Shown: in pieces, positions 18,415 to 28,662 of the stretch
How the letters are laid out: every line of letters begins with the position of its first letter
Numbering within the stretch: position 1 is the first letter of the stretch
DNA from: Sulfurimonas sp.
GTDB lineage: Bacteria > Campylobacterota > Campylobacteria > Campylobacterales > Sulfurimonadaceae
Direction of reading: 5' to 3'
Assembly: GCA_030247515.1 (NCBI GenBank)
Contig: JAOTSA010000001.1
Coordinates: forward strand, 1,255 to 65,254
Length of the DNA: 64,000 bases
The notes under the pieces: generated by a model
The model's input: only the letters and a program-made list of their open reading frames with translations
Databases searched by the model: none
What the model was told of the DNA's origin: nothing
Made by a program: the position numbers and the translations under genes

Positions 18415-20129
18415 TGAATACGCCATTCCCAAAAAGTGAGAGTGTTGACGTTATGCTTTTTTCAGAGGGAACATATCCTTATGTCAAAGGCGGCGTCTCT
18501 TCTTGGCTTTTGCAGTTGATGAAAGGTTTGCCCGAGTACTCTTTTGGTGTCTGTTTCATAGGTGCGCAAGAGATAATGGATGGCAGAAAAATGGAGATAA
18601 GTTATGAGTTTCCGCCAAACCTAAAACATCTTGAAGTTCACTATCTTTTTGACAAAGATGATGCGATAGAACCACGACGCATAAAAGGGAGCAAAGAGGG
18701 TTTCGAAGCCGTCAAATCTCTCTACAACTCATTTATAAATTCTAACGCAAAAGGCATACCAAAAGTGCTTCAGAATGTTAGTTTTTATACGCATGATGTG
18801 ACGTTTAAAGATTTTTTATTTTCTGAACGTGCTTGGCAGTTTATAAACAAAGTATATATGAAAAATTGCCCCGACGTCCCTTTTGTTGACTATTTTTGGA
18901 CTTTGAGAAATATTCATAAACCGATTTGGATTTTAGCAGACATTGTAGAAAAATTGCCAGAAGCAAAGATTTTTCACTCTCCATCAACTGGTTATGCGGG
19001 GTTTTTGGGTGCACTCTCCTCTTACAACACAAACAGACCTTTTGTTCTGACTGAACACGGGATATATACAAGAGAGAGAAAGATAGATATGCTCTCGGCG
19101 GACTGGATAAGCTATAAAAAACCGAGTTTGCTTCAGCAGCCAGAAGAGTACAATTACATAAAAAAAATGTGGGTAAACTTTTTTGACAAAATAGGCGTTT
19201 TTTGTTATCACCGCTCTAACCATATCCTCTCTCTGTTTTCTGGTGCTCAAAAAATTCAGATAAGTTTTGGTGCAAATGAAAACCGTACGATGGTTATCCC
19301 AAACGGTGTTGATGTTGATACGCTTAGGGCGACAATGGTTCATCGAGAGGAGATTCCAAAACCCATCATAACCCTTATCGGAAGAGTTGTACCGATAAAA
19401 GATATCAAAACATTTATCCGTGCAATTAAAATTACGTCACAATTTATACCCGAAGTTGAGGGTTGGATTGTTGGTGCAGTGGATGAAGATGCCGCTTATG
19501 TTAGTGAGTGTCAACAGATGGCGATATCACTTGGACTGAAATCAAAAGTGCAAATATTTGATGGCAATAAGTCCGACATGACGGCAGAGGAGATAGAAGC
19601 GAGCAGCGATAAGATAAAATTATTTGGACATAGTGATATTAAAAAAATCCTTCCGAAATCTGCTCTTCAGACTTTGTCTTCCATCAGCGAGGGAATGCCG
19701 CTTGTTGTGCTTGAGGGTTTTGCGGCAGGTGTTCCCTGTGTGGCGACTGATGTTGGAAGTTGTCGAGATTTGGTTGAGGGCGGTATCGATGAAAATGACT
19801 TTGCTATAGGTTCTGCTGGTGCTATTACAGGTATTGCAAACCCTGAAGCATTGTCAAAACAGTATATCAGGCTCTTAAACTTTGAAAACGGTGATTGGAA
19901 AAGAGCGCAAGAAGCAGGGTTGCAAAGGGTTGAGAGATACTATAGACAAGAGCTGTTTTTGCAGGAGTACAGAGATATATATGACCAAGCCAAAGAGTTG
20001 ACTTGGGGAGAGCTAAAAATAAAAATATTTCCTTTTTATCTCCCAAAACAACCACCGCATGCAAAAGTAGTTCTGAGAAGATTTAAGATAAAAAGATTTA
20101 CTCTTGAACGAAAGAAAGAGGTGGTCTAA
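18414..20129 (+). CDS. pelF: PelF GT4 glycosyltransferase
   Basis: 'EGTYPYVKGGVSSW', 'STGYAG', 'TEHGIYTRER', 'GRVVPIKDIKTFI', 'SISEGMPLVVLE'. ATG at 18414 overlaps the pelE TGA. Confidence 0.95.
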   Translation: MNTPFPKSESVDVMLFSEGTYPYVKGGVSSWLLQLMKGLPEYSFGVCFIGAQEIMDGRKMEISYEFPPNLKHLEVHYLFDKDDAIEPRRIKGSKEGFEAVKSLYNSFINSNAKGIPKVLQNVSFYTHDVTFKDFLFSERAWQFINKVYMKNCPDVPFVDYFWTLRNIHKPIWILADIVEKLPEAKIFHSPSTGYAGFLGALSSYNTNRPFVLTEHGIYTRERKIDMLSADWISYKKPSLLQQPEEYNYIKKMWVNFFDKIGVFCYHRSNHILSLFSGAQKIQISFGANENRTMVIPNGVDVDTLRATMVHREEIPKPIITLIGRVVPIKDIKTFIRAIKITSQFIPEVEGWIVGAVDEDAAYVSECQQMAISLGLKSKVQIFDGNKSDMTAEEIEASSDKIKLFGHSDIKKILPKSALQTLSSISEGMPLVVLEGFAAGVPCVATDVGSCRDLVEGGIDENDFAIGSAGAITGIANPEALSKQYIRLLNFENGDWKRAQEAGLQRVERYYRQELFLQEYRDIYDQAKELTWGELKIKIFPFYLPKQPPHAKVVLRRFKIKRFTLERKKEVV

Positions 20130-21502
20130 TGGCTGGTATTGGTTTTGAACTAAGAAAAATACTTAAGGCAGATAGGATACTCTCACTTACAAAAGTGTAT
20201 GGCTACTCTGCGATACTAAGCTCTGGACCGTGGGTTATCTCCATCTTAGCAATCGTTTTGGTTGGTTTTATCAACTTGGCAAATATGGGAGAGGTGAGCG
20301 ATGCTTTTAGGTTTCAAGTCGTCATCACGTACGCTATTGCATTGGCATCAAGCCTCATCATTACAGGTATCTTGCAACTTCCTTTTACTCGCTATGTGGC
20401 GGACCTGATTTTTAACAAACGTGAAGATGAGATTTTACCATCCTATTTTGGCGCAATTTTTATGGCGTGGGCTTTGGGTTTGCCAGCGGTCATACCTTTT
20501 TATATCTGGGTGTTTGAAGAGCAGAGCGTCATATTTTTGATAGGTGTAGTCTGCACGTTTCTTATCCTTTGCGGTGTGTGGATTTCTAGTATATTGGCGG
20601 CAAGCCTAAAGTACTATCATGGCGTGGTTTGGGCTTATTTTGCGTCTTATGCGCTGATTGTGTTGTTTTCATACTACTTTGGTGATAGTATAGAGATGCT
20701 AATCTATGTGTTTTTTGCAGGAAATTCCATTTTGTTTGTAACATTGATGACGCTGATTATTAAGAGCTACAACTCAACTATATTTATGAAAATTCACTTC
20801 TTTTTAGCACCAAATTTTTACTGGACTTTGGGTGTGGCGGGGTTGGCATACAACCTTGGTGCATGGGTTGACAAGTTTATCTTTTGGTATCATCCTGCCA
20901 CGGGTCATACCGTCATAGGGAAGCTTAACGCATCTATAGTTTATGATATGCCGATATTTTTGGCTTATCTCTCCATTGTTCTTGGTATGGCAATCTTTTT
21001 TTATCGTTTGGAGTCAGATTTTGCTGAAAAATACGATTTATATTATGATGCAGTTAGAAGCGGCGGTACACTTAGTACCATAAAAAAATATAGAGATGAG
21101 ATGATAAACGTTATCCGTCATGCGGTTCATGAAATTCTTATGATACAAGGAATTTTGGATATTATATTATTTTTAACTGCGCCAACTGTTTTTGACTTAC
21201 TCAATATTCCTCAATTGTATTTGGGATTGCTTTATGTCCTAACTATAGGCGCAATGCTACAGATTGCATTTATGTCGGTTTTGGCTATTTTGTACTATTT
21301 GGATAGAAAAAAAGTCGCCATGTGGCTTTGTGTCAGCTTTTTTGTGGCTAACACGGTCTTGACGCTGGTGTCTATAGATATGGGACCTGCGATGTATGGG
21401 TATGGGTACACCGTCTCCCTTTTGTTGGTTTTGATGGCTGCTCTTATTGTCATTAGAAATGAGATGAACAGGTTGGATTATGAAACATTTATGTTGCAGT
21501 AA
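20129..21502 (+). CDS. pelG: PelG polysaccharide transport/flippase-like membrane protein
   Basis: 'MAGIGFELRK', 'SSGPW', 'WVDKFIFW', 'YDMPIFLAYL'. Confidence 0.96.
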   Translation: MAGIGFELRKILKADRILSLTKVYGYSAILSSGPWVISILAIVLVGFINLANMGEVSDAFRFQVVITYAIALASSLIITGILQLPFTRYVADLIFNKREDEILPSYFGAIFMAWALGLPAVIPFYIWVFEEQSVIFLIGVVCTFLILCGVWISSILAASLKYYHGVVWAYFASYALIVLFSYYFGDSIEMLIYVFFAGNSILFVTLMTLIIKSYNSTIFMKIHFFLAPNFYWTLGVAGLAYNLGAWVDKFIFWYHPATGHTVIGKLNASIVYDMPIFLAYLSIVLGMAIFFYRLESDFAEKYDLYYDAVRSGGTLSTIKKYRDEMINVIRHAVHEILMIQGILDIILFLTAPTVFDLLNIPQLYLGLLYVLTIGAMLQIAFMSVLAILYYLDRKKVAMWLCVSFFVANTVLTLVSIDMGPAMYGYGYTVSLLLVLMAALIVIRNEMNRLDYETFMLQ

Positions 21503-24043
21503 GTTTTTAACACTTTTTCTTTTATTGGCTACCTCTTTGCTGGCTTCACTTGGCGATAAAAGTGCGATTATGTACTATGGGAAGAGCATCTCTTACCCAA
21601 TGGTCGGCATCCATGACTACATCATCGTCAATCCAGAAAACACAAACACCATAACGCACGGATTTTCGGTCTATAAACATAAAATGTACGCACGCATTAC
21701 AGTTGGTACGAATGAACTCGAAAGTGTTACAGAAGCGAGACTTAAAGATGGGTTTGAAAACTTTTTTCTTGATATGCATGACGGTACATCAAAAAAGCAA
21801 GAGATAGCAAAATTTATAAAATCATTTCATGGACGCTATCCACAAAGCAAGCTTGTCGTCAATGGAAAATTTGATATTTCAGATGTTGCTGATGGCTCTA
21901 TAAATGCGGTCGTTCTTGATGCAGAACTGGATGCAAAATCAAAAGAGCAGAAGATAAAAAAAGCAAAATCTTACGGTGTGGACGTTATACAGGTAGGGTA
22001 TGTCTCAACAACGCAAAGCGACACAGTTCAAGAGAGCATAACCAAAGCGATGCAAGCGGGAGTTATCCCCTACTTTACAAATCCTGCTTTTGACATGTAT
22101 GGCAAATCCTCAAAAAATGCCATTAAGCGTGAGATTTTAACACTTATAGATGAGAGTAAAAATGACAGGATGGTTCTCTCTGCACATCAACACGGAGCGG
22201 TGGTTTTTGAGTACTTAGGCTATATCCAAAAGCTCCATAACGTCAACAAAGGTTTGCCAGATATAGAGAGCATGAAGCACTATGCGGGTGTTGTTGTCTG
22301 GCTAAGCAGGGATTATGAATCCCCTATAAAGCTTATAAACTGGGTGCTTGCACTACATAAAGAGGGTATTAAAGTAGCTTTTGCCGCTAGCTTTGGCTCT
22401 AGTGTTGATGGCATGCTTCTCAAACAGCTTGGGATAGACATGTACGACGGCGATACCGCATTGAGCAACAAAAAAACCATTATTCAAAGAGATGGGATGA
22501 TAGGTTTTGAGATAGAGCCGTCACTGAGCGATAACAGTGTATATCTCAACCCGAGCAACTCAAAACCGCTTTTAACCTATGAAGACACCAACAAACTCCG
22601 CTCTGTTCCATCAGCGATAACTCCTTGGGGCGGGTATGCAATCTCTGAATCTTTTATGCTTGAGCTTAATGATGAAAATATTTGGATAATCAACCCGTTT
22701 AAATTTTTTGCAGAAGCTTTGCGACTTGAAACTTTGCCAGTCCCAGATGTTACGACACAAAATGGAAACAGACTGCTTTTTACCCATATAGACGGCGATG
22801 GAATCATGAACTATGTCGAATCAAATCCTGAACTCTTCTCTGGTGATATGATTTTCGAAGAGGTACTCAAGCCATTTAAGATACCGCACTCCGTCTCTAT
22901 CGTTGGTGCTGAAGTTATGCCAGATGGGCTTTATCCTGAGCTATCAGAACAGTTGGTTGCCGTAGCAAAAAAGATGTATAGTTTAGAAAATGTAGAAGCC
23001 GCAACGCATACTTTTACGCATCCATTTATCTGGAAAAAGATTCAAAATGGCAATTTGAGTGATGAATATAGGCTTAAAGTAAAAAATTATGATTTTTCAC
23101 TAGATAGAGAGCTTGTTGGGACTTTGGCTTACATAAACGAAGAACTGGTACGCAGCGACAGACAAAAAGCAAAAACTGTTTTTTGGAGCGGGGATTGTGC
23201 GCCTATGGAAGATGTGTTGGCATACATATACAAGAACAACATACTTAACATCAACGGAGGTTATACGGTCATCAGCAACGCCAACCCGTGGCTGACAAAT
23301 GTCTCTCCACTGGGCTTAGAGCGTGGCGAATACTACCAAATATATACAGGTGCGCAAAATGAAAACGTCTATACGAACGATTGGCTTGGTCCGTTTTGGG
23401 GATTTAAAAAGGTGGTTCAAACATTTGAGTTGACAAACTCTCCACGCAGATATAAGCCATAAATGTCTATTATCATCACTACTCAGGCTCAAAAACTGCC
23501 TCCGTTAACGCTTTGAAGTATATTTTTAATTGGGCATTGCAACAAGATGTCATGCCTATTTTTACCTCTGAATATATTTTAAAAGTGATGGATTTTTATA
23601 CTGTTTCTATGGCTAGAGATAACGGGACGTGGCTATTTGATGGTATGAAAGAGCTGAAAACTATCCGCATAGAGGAGAAAAATGCGGCAGTGGATTTGGA
23701 CAAATCCTCATCAACGCTTGGTCTGAAACATTTTGAAAATCATACATATATAAGCTTGGATGAGGGCGTTAAGCACACTTTGAAAATAGATAAAAGTGCA
23801 AACTACAAAAAGAGAAGCTATCTTGTCTCATCAAACGCCAAAGCGGTAGAACATACACATGGGTCTAAAAATCAAACGATAAGATTTGAGGGACATGTCG
23901 ATTTAAAACTGACTTTCCACCTCCCAAAAGAGTGTACGCTTGATGTAACGCCAAAAAGTTATAAAACCATAGTCAATGGCGAAAATGTAAGCTTGGAATT
24001 TAAAAACAGTAAAAAGGCAGTTGTAAATGCATTATGTAGATAG
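21480..24043 (+). pseudogene. pelA: PelA paralogue 1: degenerate hydrolase domain plus intact CE4-like deacetylase, interrupted by a 1-nt deletion at about 23457-23459
   Basis: ORFs 21480-23462 and 23513-24043 align end to end with PelA2. Reads aag-cca-taa-atg-tc where the paralogue has aag-ccc-ata-gat-atc. Restoring one base gives about 854 aa. Confidence 0.85.
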
Positions 24044-25088
24044 TGAACATACTAAAAACTATGTCGTTACCTACAAAGAACTCGCTTTTATGTTTATCGT
24101 ATTTTGTACTATTTTGATTGTTTTGTACCCAAAAGATTTGCTTAAAGAGCAGATTTTATCGGAAAAATCTAACTATGATTTGAGTATGCTCTATCTTAGA
24201 ACACTCTTAGAACATGACCCTGAAAATGAGTCTTTGATGCTGATTTTGGCGGAACAGAGTCTAAGAACTGGTAAAAAAGACCTTTCGTTAAGACTGCTAG
24301 AACTTTTACTAAACAGTAAAAGTAAAAACTACAGAAACAAAGCCACGTTGTTAAGTTATGAGCTGAAAAAAGATGACTATTATTACATAAAAGATGAGCG
24401 TTTGTTGTATGAACAAAAAGAGGCACTCCGAAAACTTTTCCTTAAGATTGTAAACAATGAGATGTACACCGAGGAGAGTGTTGACTACTGGTACAATGAG
24501 TCGATTTTTTTACAAGAAGATGCGGCAATGTATCTTTTTGCAAAGAAAAAACTTCTCAAAGATGAGTCTAATGTAGCGTTGCTTGAAGTTGCATACTATC
24601 TCTCCTCAAAATTCCGTAAGCCTGAAGAGTCTTGGAGATTTATGGAACTTCTCACTAAGTATGATGAGGCAAGAAAAGACAAATGGATACTGGATGGGTA
24701 CTATATGCTTATCAACAATCAGCGTTATGATAAAGCTCAAGAGCTGCTATTTGAGCGTGCTGACAAATCCCCTGAGTGGAAAAACAGGCTTGCAGAGTTT
24801 TTACTCATGCGCCAACAGTACGTCAAGGCTTCAAACTTTTATATGGAGATGTTTGAAGCAACAAGCGAGTATGCTCAGAAGAAAAAATATTTTATGCAGG
24901 CGATGCATGCGTTGCAGGCTGGAAATGAGATGCAAAGAATCGCTACTCTAGCAAAAACACATGAAACACTCTTTATAAAGGATGTTGAGGTAAGAAAATT
25001 TTTACTTAAAGTTTATCTGGCTACAGGCAATTTAGATGCCGCTGCTGTTTTATCGAAAAAAATATTACAGAGAGAGAAAAAAAGATGA
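24027..25088 (+). CDS. PelB N-terminal-like protein (TM anchor + TPR), separate gene
   Basis: TM followed by 'LYPKDLL...DLSMLYLRTLLEHDPENESLMLILAEQ', resembling the PelB N-terminus. ATGA-coupled to the next gene. Confidence 0.7.
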   Translation: MHYVDSEHTKNYVVTYKELAFMFIVFCTILIVLYPKDLLKEQILSEKSNYDLSMLYLRTLLEHDPENESLMLILAEQSLRTGKKDLSLRLLELLLNSKSKNYRNKATLLSYELKKDDYYYIKDERLLYEQKEALRKLFLKIVNNEMYTEESVDYWYNESIFLQEDAAMYLFAKKKLLKDESNVALLEVAYYLSSKFRKPEESWRFMELLTKYDEARKDKWILDGYYMLINNQRYDKAQELLFERADKSPEWKNRLAEFLLMRQQYVKASNFYMEMFEATSEYAQKKKYFMQAMHALQAGNEMQRIATLAKTHETLFIKDVEVRKFLLKVYLATGNLDAAAVLSKKILQREKKR

Positions 25089-28000
25089 AAATAGTACTTT
25101 TTATATTTTTTGCATTTATATCCGTTTTTGCGCAGTCCGAGGAGACTTGTTACACCGTGCAGTTGACCAGTAGTGACAATACAGAAAAAAATCTACACAC
25201 ACTGCAAAACAACAACTATCCGCAGTCATGTGAAGTAATGCAAATCGGCGAATCTATCACTGTTAGATGTGGCTGTTTTGAGAAAAAATCTTTAGCACAA
25301 GAGAGACAAACAGAGCTTAAAAAAGAGTATCCAAATGCTGCTATTGTCAACACATATAGATACAGATTTGATGCAAAAGTGCAAAAAGCCGCAGAGTTGT
25401 CAACTGTAGAAAAAATCATCCTCTCTCCAAAAATACCAAAAAAAGATGTGTCAAAAAGTGACGCTGACAAGGCAAAAGAGTCTAAAGAGACTTGCTACAC
25501 TGTTCAACTGGTAAGCGTAAATAACACAAGTAAAAATTTGGATGTATTGAGTAAGAGTACCTTCCCACAAAACTGCAAAGCAATGGAGATAGGCAATACG
25601 CTTACAGTAAGATGTGGCTGTTTTGAAAAAATATCTTTGGCAAACGATGAGCAAAAAGTGCTTCAAAAAGAGTACCGTAACGCCGCTGTAGTCAGTACGT
25701 ACAAATACAGATTTGATGAAGAAACTATTTTTGAGTCAAGCAGAGAAAAAAAAGAGGATAAAGAGGAAAAAGAGGGGAAGAGCAAAGTAACTATTGCTAG
25801 AGAAGAGAGTAGCCAAAAAGAGGAAAAAAAAGGGAGCGAGGAGAAAAAAGACAAAGCGGTATCAAGGCTTCATGAAGAGAAGATAGAAGCTGTTGAGCAG
25901 GAAAAAAACTTTGTACCAGCGGACTTGGCGTATGATGATGAAGAGCTAAGACTTATGATGCAGGTTTTTTTAGGAAAAGGCGATTTGGAATCTGCTTATG
26001 AAGTGGCGTCTAAAGGTTATAGCAAAACACCTCATTCATACTATTGGAACCAAAAAATGGCGGAGATTTGCCAATGGACAAATCGTTCGGCAAGGTCCAT
26101 GAAACACCTTCGATTTATGTATGAAGTCAAATACGACCCAAAAATAGAGCAGGAACTGATAGAGTACGGTTCAGAATCTTACCAGTATGAAGAGATAGAA
26201 CCTCTTGTTGTGAACAGAGCATTAAGAGAACCTACGGAAAAAAATATTGACCTTATGATTCTTGTTTACAAAGAGATAGGCGAGCCTGAAAAGGTGGTAA
26301 AAGTACTAGAGACACAATACTACAAAGATACAACAAACACCATTTTGCTAACAAAAGCTTTGGAGCTAAGTCTTGAGATAGGCAACATGGAGTTGGTACA
26401 AAAATTTGTCAACATTCTTGAGCAAAAGAAGCCATATACAAAAAAAGATGCCTCTTTAATCGCACGTTATTATTACATTACAAATGAGATTGCAACTGCT
26501 TATAAAAGTTTGTTAGAGACGGATGAGTCAAAAATCGTTGATGAGCAAGAAAATATAAAATATTATCAGCTAAAAAGTGACTTAGGCTGGTATCTGCAAG
26601 AAAATGTGAATGCGGCGGCGGCTTCTAGGTACTTGATGGAGATAGAAAAAGCACGTTTTGTGGATTATGAACGCATAAGTTTCGTTTATCAAAAAAAAGA
26701 CCCAGAATTTGCGGCAGGTGCGGTAAAAAAAGCGTATCGTGAACATAAAATCTCCTATCTCTTTTACAGTTTTGCAAATGAGGCGATAAACCTTAAGCAG
26801 TATGATGTGCTAAATGCGTTGATAGAAGAGTTTGATGCAGAGGAGACCCCTTTTGAGGAGGAATCTCTCTACTGGATTATCAAATCAAAAGTTTATGCGT
26901 ACTATGAAAAGAGGGATTTGGAAAAGGAGGCTTTGCTTAAAGCTCTTGAGTTAGACCCAGAAAATTATCAGATTAAACTTGCCCTCTTATGGTTTTTTAT
27001 GGATATCAGCGATGCTCAAAATGTCAGAATGATTTTAACTGATATGTCTGAAAACAAGGAGCTTGGCGCAAGTTTTTATCTCCCAATAGCATCAGCCTAT
27101 TTTTATCTTCATGATATAAACAGAGCCTCATACTATACACAGCAGCTTCTTGCGATGAATGATTCTGTTATAGAGCTTACGCAGTTTAAGTTTTTGCAAG
27201 CGTATATCTACCAGATACAAAACAACGAACCAGCTTTCATGAGTTATATGAATAAAATCGTTTCAGATTTAAAAGAGGAAGCGGAGTTAAGTCCTGGACT
27301 AGAGAAACAAGATGAGCATCTCTCCAACTATCTTCGTGCAGGTATGCATGTGTGGCATCCTGACAAGTTTGAGAACAAACTTGCAAAAGCCAAAGAGTAT
27401 CTGAGTGAAGAAAACTACAATGAGATAGCCTATTCTTGGGCAGTAAACAACAGTGCTTATGAAAAAAGTTTCAAAATCTACCATAAGATGAACAAAAAAG
27501 AGTTGTGGGTAAGGTTTAGCAACGATACCATTGCGCAAGACCATACTGGGATTGAAAATCTGATGGATTGGTACTTGGAGAGCCTCTCCATGGGTGATGT
27601 GTCGCAAGCATCTTATAAAGATGGACAAAAAGCACTCTCTCAAACGATTACATTTGAGGGCTTACTGACAAACGATGATAACCAGAATGCTTACATACAA
27701 CACAGAGATTTGAGCAAAGAGCGTTCAGATTTGTTTGAAACAAAACTTGCCCACTCCAACAGAGACCCATTGGTGCAAAAATCTTCACAGTTGCAAAATC
27801 GTGCTTATTTGCAAAAAGGGTACTATCTTTATACTGGATTTGACTATTTTTCTAACTCTACTTTGAATGAGAGGTTGCTCCAAAATGTTCCACAGCATAC
27901 ACTTGAAGCTGATATGGGGCTAAGAAAGATATACGACAGAGGGTATCTGGAGGGGCATGTGGAGTTCCATGACTCTATGGAGAGCTATTTGGGCTTCTCT

Positions 28001-28642
28001 CTTTTAGGGCATTACCAGTGGAGTACGGACATCATAACGGATATGGCATTTGCGAAAAATGCAAATGCGACTGAGGCTACACAGCTTCTTTTGGGCGGCA
28101 AAAAAGATATGCTCTCTTTAAACCTGCTTTGGAATTTTCTGGACTCCACCTCTTTTGAAGTTTTGTATGAGCAAAGCCGCTATGCTTCACAAGACGGAGT
28201 TCATCTAGGTAATGGAGCATATACCCGCTACTCTCTTAACAGGCAGATAAGAAACGGCTATCCAGATATGAGGGTAGGTCTTTTTCATGATGTAGGCAGA
28301 TACAATGAGCAATCGGACTCTAAAGGCGTTATAGATAAACTGCAAATTCAAAACAATCCTGTATTGCCAGAAAATTTCGCCAATATAGGGTTGAGTTTTG
28401 CTTATGGAATGGCAAACGCTGAAGCATATACTCGTGTATGGCGACCATATTTTGAATTTTACCCTTACTACAACAAGACTTTAGGCGACTACACATACGG
28501 TGCAATCGCAGGATATGGCGGCAAGGTATGGCATCAAGACCACATGTCCGTAGGTGCTTCTTATACAGACTCTGTAAACGGTGTCGGCGGAAACTCTTTT
28601 GAACTGTTTTTAAAATACCAATTTATGTACTACCATCCTTAA
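25085..28642 (+). CDS. pelB: PelB-like TPR + outer-membrane beta-barrel export protein with two N-terminal SPOR-like domains
   Basis: Signal peptide; two C-YTVQL...TVRCGCFEK modules; K/E linker; 'FLGKGDLESAY...W' PelB-type TPRs; beta-strand-rich C-terminus. Confidence 0.8.
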   Translation: MKIVLFIFFAFISVFAQSEETCYTVQLTSSDNTEKNLHTLQNNNYPQSCEVMQIGESITVRCGCFEKKSLAQERQTELKKEYPNAAIVNTYRYRFDAKVQKAAELSTVEKIILSPKIPKKDVSKSDADKAKESKETCYTVQLVSVNNTSKNLDVLSKSTFPQNCKAMEIGNTLTVRCGCFEKISLANDEQKVLQKEYRNAAVVSTYKYRFDEETIFESSREKKEDKEEKEGKSKVTIAREESSQKEEKKGSEEKKDKAVSRLHEEKIEAVEQEKNFVPADLAYDDEELRLMMQVFLGKGDLESAYEVASKGYSKTPHSYYWNQKMAEICQWTNRSARSMKHLRFMYEVKYDPKIEQELIEYGSESYQYEEIEPLVVNRALREPTEKNIDLMILVYKEIGEPEKVVKVLETQYYKDTTNTILLTKALELSLEIGNMELVQKFVNILEQKKPYTKKDASLIARYYYITNEIATAYKSLLETDESKIVDEQENIKYYQLKSDLGWYLQENVNAAAASRYLMEIEKARFVDYERISFVYQKKDPEFAAGAVKKAYREHKISYLFYSFANEAINLKQYDVLNALIEEFDAEETPFEEESLYWIIKSKVYAYYEKRDLEKEALLKALELDPENYQIKLALLWFFMDISDAQNVRMILTDMSENKELGASFYLPIASAYFYLHDINRASYYTQQLLAMNDSVIELTQFKFLQAYIYQIQNNEPAFMSYMNKIVSDLKEEAELSPGLEKQDEHLSNYLRAGMHVWHPDKFENKLAKAKEYLSEENYNEIAYSWAVNNSAYEKSFKIYHKMNKKELWVRFSNDTIAQDHTGIENLMDWYLESLSMGDVSQASYKDGQKALSQTITFEGLLTNDDNQNAYIQHRDLSKERSDLFETKLAHSNRDPLVQKSSQLQNRAYLQKGYYLYTGFDYFSNSTLNERLLQNVPQHTLEADMGLRKIYDRGYLEGHVEFHDSMESYLGFSLLGHYQWSTDIITDMAFAKNANATEATQLLLGGKKDMLSLNLLWNFLDSTSFEVLYEQSRYASQDGVHLGNGAYTRYSLNRQIRNGYPDMRVGLFHDVGRYNEQSDSKGVIDKLQIQNNPVLPENFANIGLSFAYGMANAEAYTRVWRPYFEFYPYYNKTLGDYTYGAIAGYGGKVWHQDHMSVGASYTDSVNGVGGNSFELFLKYQFMYYHP

Positions 28643-28662
28643 AAAAGAAAAAAGAGAGCTTA

